Origin: Lama guanicoe
Lineage: Eukaryota
Length of the DNA: 64,000 nt
Assembly: GCA_013239625.1 (NCBI GenBank)
Contig: MU056737.1
Location: forward strand, 4,543,846 to 4,607,845
Reading direction: 5' to 3'
The translations under genes were made by a program, and so were the position numbers. A model generated the notes under the pieces. The model saw only the letters and a program-made list of their open reading frames with translations, was not told where the DNA came from and searched no databases. Below, one piece after another: positions 61,817-64,000 of the stretch (positions are counted from its first letter, which is position 1; the number at the start of each line of letters is the position of its first letter).

Positions 61817-63916
61817 CAGTCATTCGTACAGCGCGGCAGCCCGGGCCTTCGCCTTTTCTTTCTTTTCAGCCTTTCTCCCTTTCATCGTTCGAATCGCCTT
61901 CATCCTGGGCAAGTTCAGGGTAGCGCCCGGGGGAGAGGGGACTCGGCAAGAAGCGTCAACCCTCGCGGCCCGACTGCGACCTCTGCTTCGGGAGCGGTGG
62001 GGGCGTCGAAACTCCTGCAAGAGAAAACCTCAGGACGAAGCCGTCTTCCGAGTTGGCTTGAACACTTTTGCCCCGGGGCCCTTTGCTCGCTTTCCAGATT
62101 GAAGCAAGGCAGTTACGCCGGCAAACCAGCGACTAGGTGCCCCTCAACCCTCACCTTGACATGAATCCCGATCGAGTATTTAGGTCTCGAATGCGCGTAC
62201 AAAGCGCCTTGCCGGGCGCGGGAACTAGTGAGAACTTGGCCACCGTTCGGTCCAGGCGAACTGGCGGCCGCCAGCCCAAAGCTGACTGAGGCGGCGGGGA
62301 AAAGGAGGAAATCGAGCTCTGTCCGGTCTTCACAGGTCCAAGGCCTTGCCGGCAGGTGGAGCGGAGCGGGGTCACAGGGCCGCGCTCCCAGGCGCTCGCG
62401 CCTCCCGAAGCTCCCTGACCTCAAGCGCGGGCCCAGGGCGCGAGTCAGAGTCTGGTCCGCGACGCGACAGGCCGAGCTGGGGCCTGGGGGGCGGGCGGTG
62501 GGGCGAGCGGGCCCGTAGGGCTCAGTGATTGGCCTCCCGCCGGCTCCCCGCCGCCCCGTCGCGCTCCCCCGGCCCTTTCTCCCACACTCTCCCTCCCCAC
62601 ACTCTGGACCCCTGCTCGCAGCCACAGGTTGGGGCACCCCCGGTGCGCGGCGCCCCCCGCGGAGCAGCCGAGAGCGGAGAGCAGAAACCCAACATCTGTG
62701 TGTACAATGCTCTCTCCGCGGCCCACAGCTGCAGGAACAAGGGGAAGAAAGAAAGGAGTGGGGGAGCGATCTTGTCACATGCAGATGACAGTCTGCGGAG
62801 GGCTCTTTAGTTTCTCCTTTTCTGGAAACCCTGACGCCCTCCTCCCGGTCCCCCTCTCCCACCGCCTCCCCATTGTTCCTGCGCTCGGGACAGCTGGAGA
62901 CGGCGGCCCTCGCCTAGCAAGGCGGCCCCTCCTAACCCGACGCCCCTCCCGCCCACACCCGGCGGCCCCTGCGCCCGCTCCGGCCCCTGCTGGGCAAGCT
63001 CGGCCCCCGCCCCCACCTCGGGGAGCCCCGCCGCCTAGCTTGCGCCGCTCCCCCGCCCTCCCTTCCCGCAGGCGCTGCCCCCAGGCCTGCCCTGCGCCGA
63101 GGGCCTCGCCGTCGCGCGTCTCTCCGGGAAACAGAGGTGCACAGCCCCCTGGGCCAGGGCTCAGGGGAAGGGGTCGCCAACAGACGTCGTCGAGCGCCTG
63201 TCTAAAAGCGTCCAAAGGACTCCCTTTCTCGGATCGAAGGCCTAAGCGAGATTTACTTTTATTTGGTATTTATAGGGGCCAGGAGTTGAGCGCTTCAGAG
63301 CCCAGGCCCGGTAGGCCTGAGTGGGCCGGAGCTCGCCTGGGGCAGAAGGCTTCCATGCCGCCTCGCCAGGCTTCGAGAAGCGTCCCGGGGAGACCAAATG
63401 GGAGCTGCGGCTCCTCTCGGGTTGTCCACCGTGGGGCACCTAGCCCCCATACAGTGGGCAGGACAGGCGAGGGGAGCCACCCCGGCTCTCACGTCCTCCC
63501 GCCGGGGCAGGGCCTGCGGATCCCAGCCCTCTGTCCACCTGTCCGGCCTCCCTGAGAGCTGTCCGATCCCCCACTCCCAGAGCCCACGCCCCGCGCTGCG
63601 CCAGGGGCGGCCATCTAGGGCCAAAGATCCGACTGGCTGAGGTTTATGTCCCTCCCTGCAGCCCTCCACGGGGCTCGGGTCGGCCCTCGCTCCCGGGGCC
63701 TGGGCGTACCTCTCCAGCCTCCTGGGCGAACCCTGTCCTGACCCTAGAGGGGTGGAAAGAACGGGGGTGCGCGGAGGAGGCGGGAGGGAACCTGGGGAGT
63801 CCTGGTGGGGCGAGGGAGTAGAATGGGGGAGAGAGGGCTGGGAGGGAAGAGAGGCTTCGGGAGGGGACCTGCCGCCCTCAGCCTGGCTGGGAACCCGCCT
63901 CTCCATAGCAACGGCC

Positions 63917-63966
63917 TGTGTGCGCGCGCGCGCGCGCGCGCGCGTGTGTGTGTGCGCGCGCGCGCG
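63917..63966. repeat. Compound (TG)3(CG)11(TG)5(CG)6 alternating purine-pyrimidine microsatellite
   Basis: Read directly: 50 bp of perfect pyrimidine-purine alternation. Confidence 0.95.
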
Positions 63967-64000
63967 AGCGCGTTTATATCTGGGTAGGTGGGTTCCGGGG

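Larger units (their letters stand above)
61150..64000. promoter_or_regulatory. Large promoter-like intragenic CpG island, running off the window end
   Basis: Extreme CpG density, GGGGCGG/CCGCCC boxes, a (CG)n tract, and TATAAA on the minus strand at 63978-63973. Confidence 0.85.

Noticed and set aside
44-63987. Hundreds of 60-358 aa ORFs in the six-frame track (e.g. 54650-55726, 62629-63555, 38652-39332)
   Set aside because: They are Pro/Arg/Gly/Ala-rich, overlap in all frames, often start at GTG/TTG or run through N-gaps, and show no recognisable domains. This is expected in GC-rich eukaryotic intron.
53635-64000. Preceding canonical PTPRN2 exon or a nested homeobox gene in the CpG islands
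   Set aside because: No phogrin ectodomain peptide and no homeodomain or other transcription-factor motif in any frame. The two short gaps cannot be read.

Overview
This is mammalian genomic DNA, not prokaryotic. It is GC/CpG-rich and has five N-gaps. The tRNA-derived SINEs look like the camelid family, so the source is probably camel, alpaca or llama (inference). The whole window lies inside PTPRN2 (phogrin/IA-2beta), transcribed on the minus strand. Three coding exons are clear, with canonical AG/GT ends and lengths 213, 195 and 148 nt: 53634-53422 (transmembrane), 32522-32328 (juxtamembrane) and 4811-4664 (start of the PTP domain). They are probably exons 13-15 by human numbering, recalled from memory. 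The rest is intron, containing SINE, L1, L2, MIR and MLT1 fossils, a (TG)27 microsatellite, two GC-rich minisatellites and several motif-dense AT-rich patches that look like enhancers. Almost all ORF-track entries are GC-rich noise. The most interesting region is the ~9 kb intragenic CpG-island cluster (54.5-64 kb) upstream of the TM exon. It contains a minus-strand TATA box, a Z-DNA tract, an RFX-like X-box, candidate splice donors and ATG-initiated ORFs. Together these suggest an internal promoter making truncated or alternative-frame PTPRN2 transcripts. That is a hypothesis; I see no firm evidence of a wholly new biological system.
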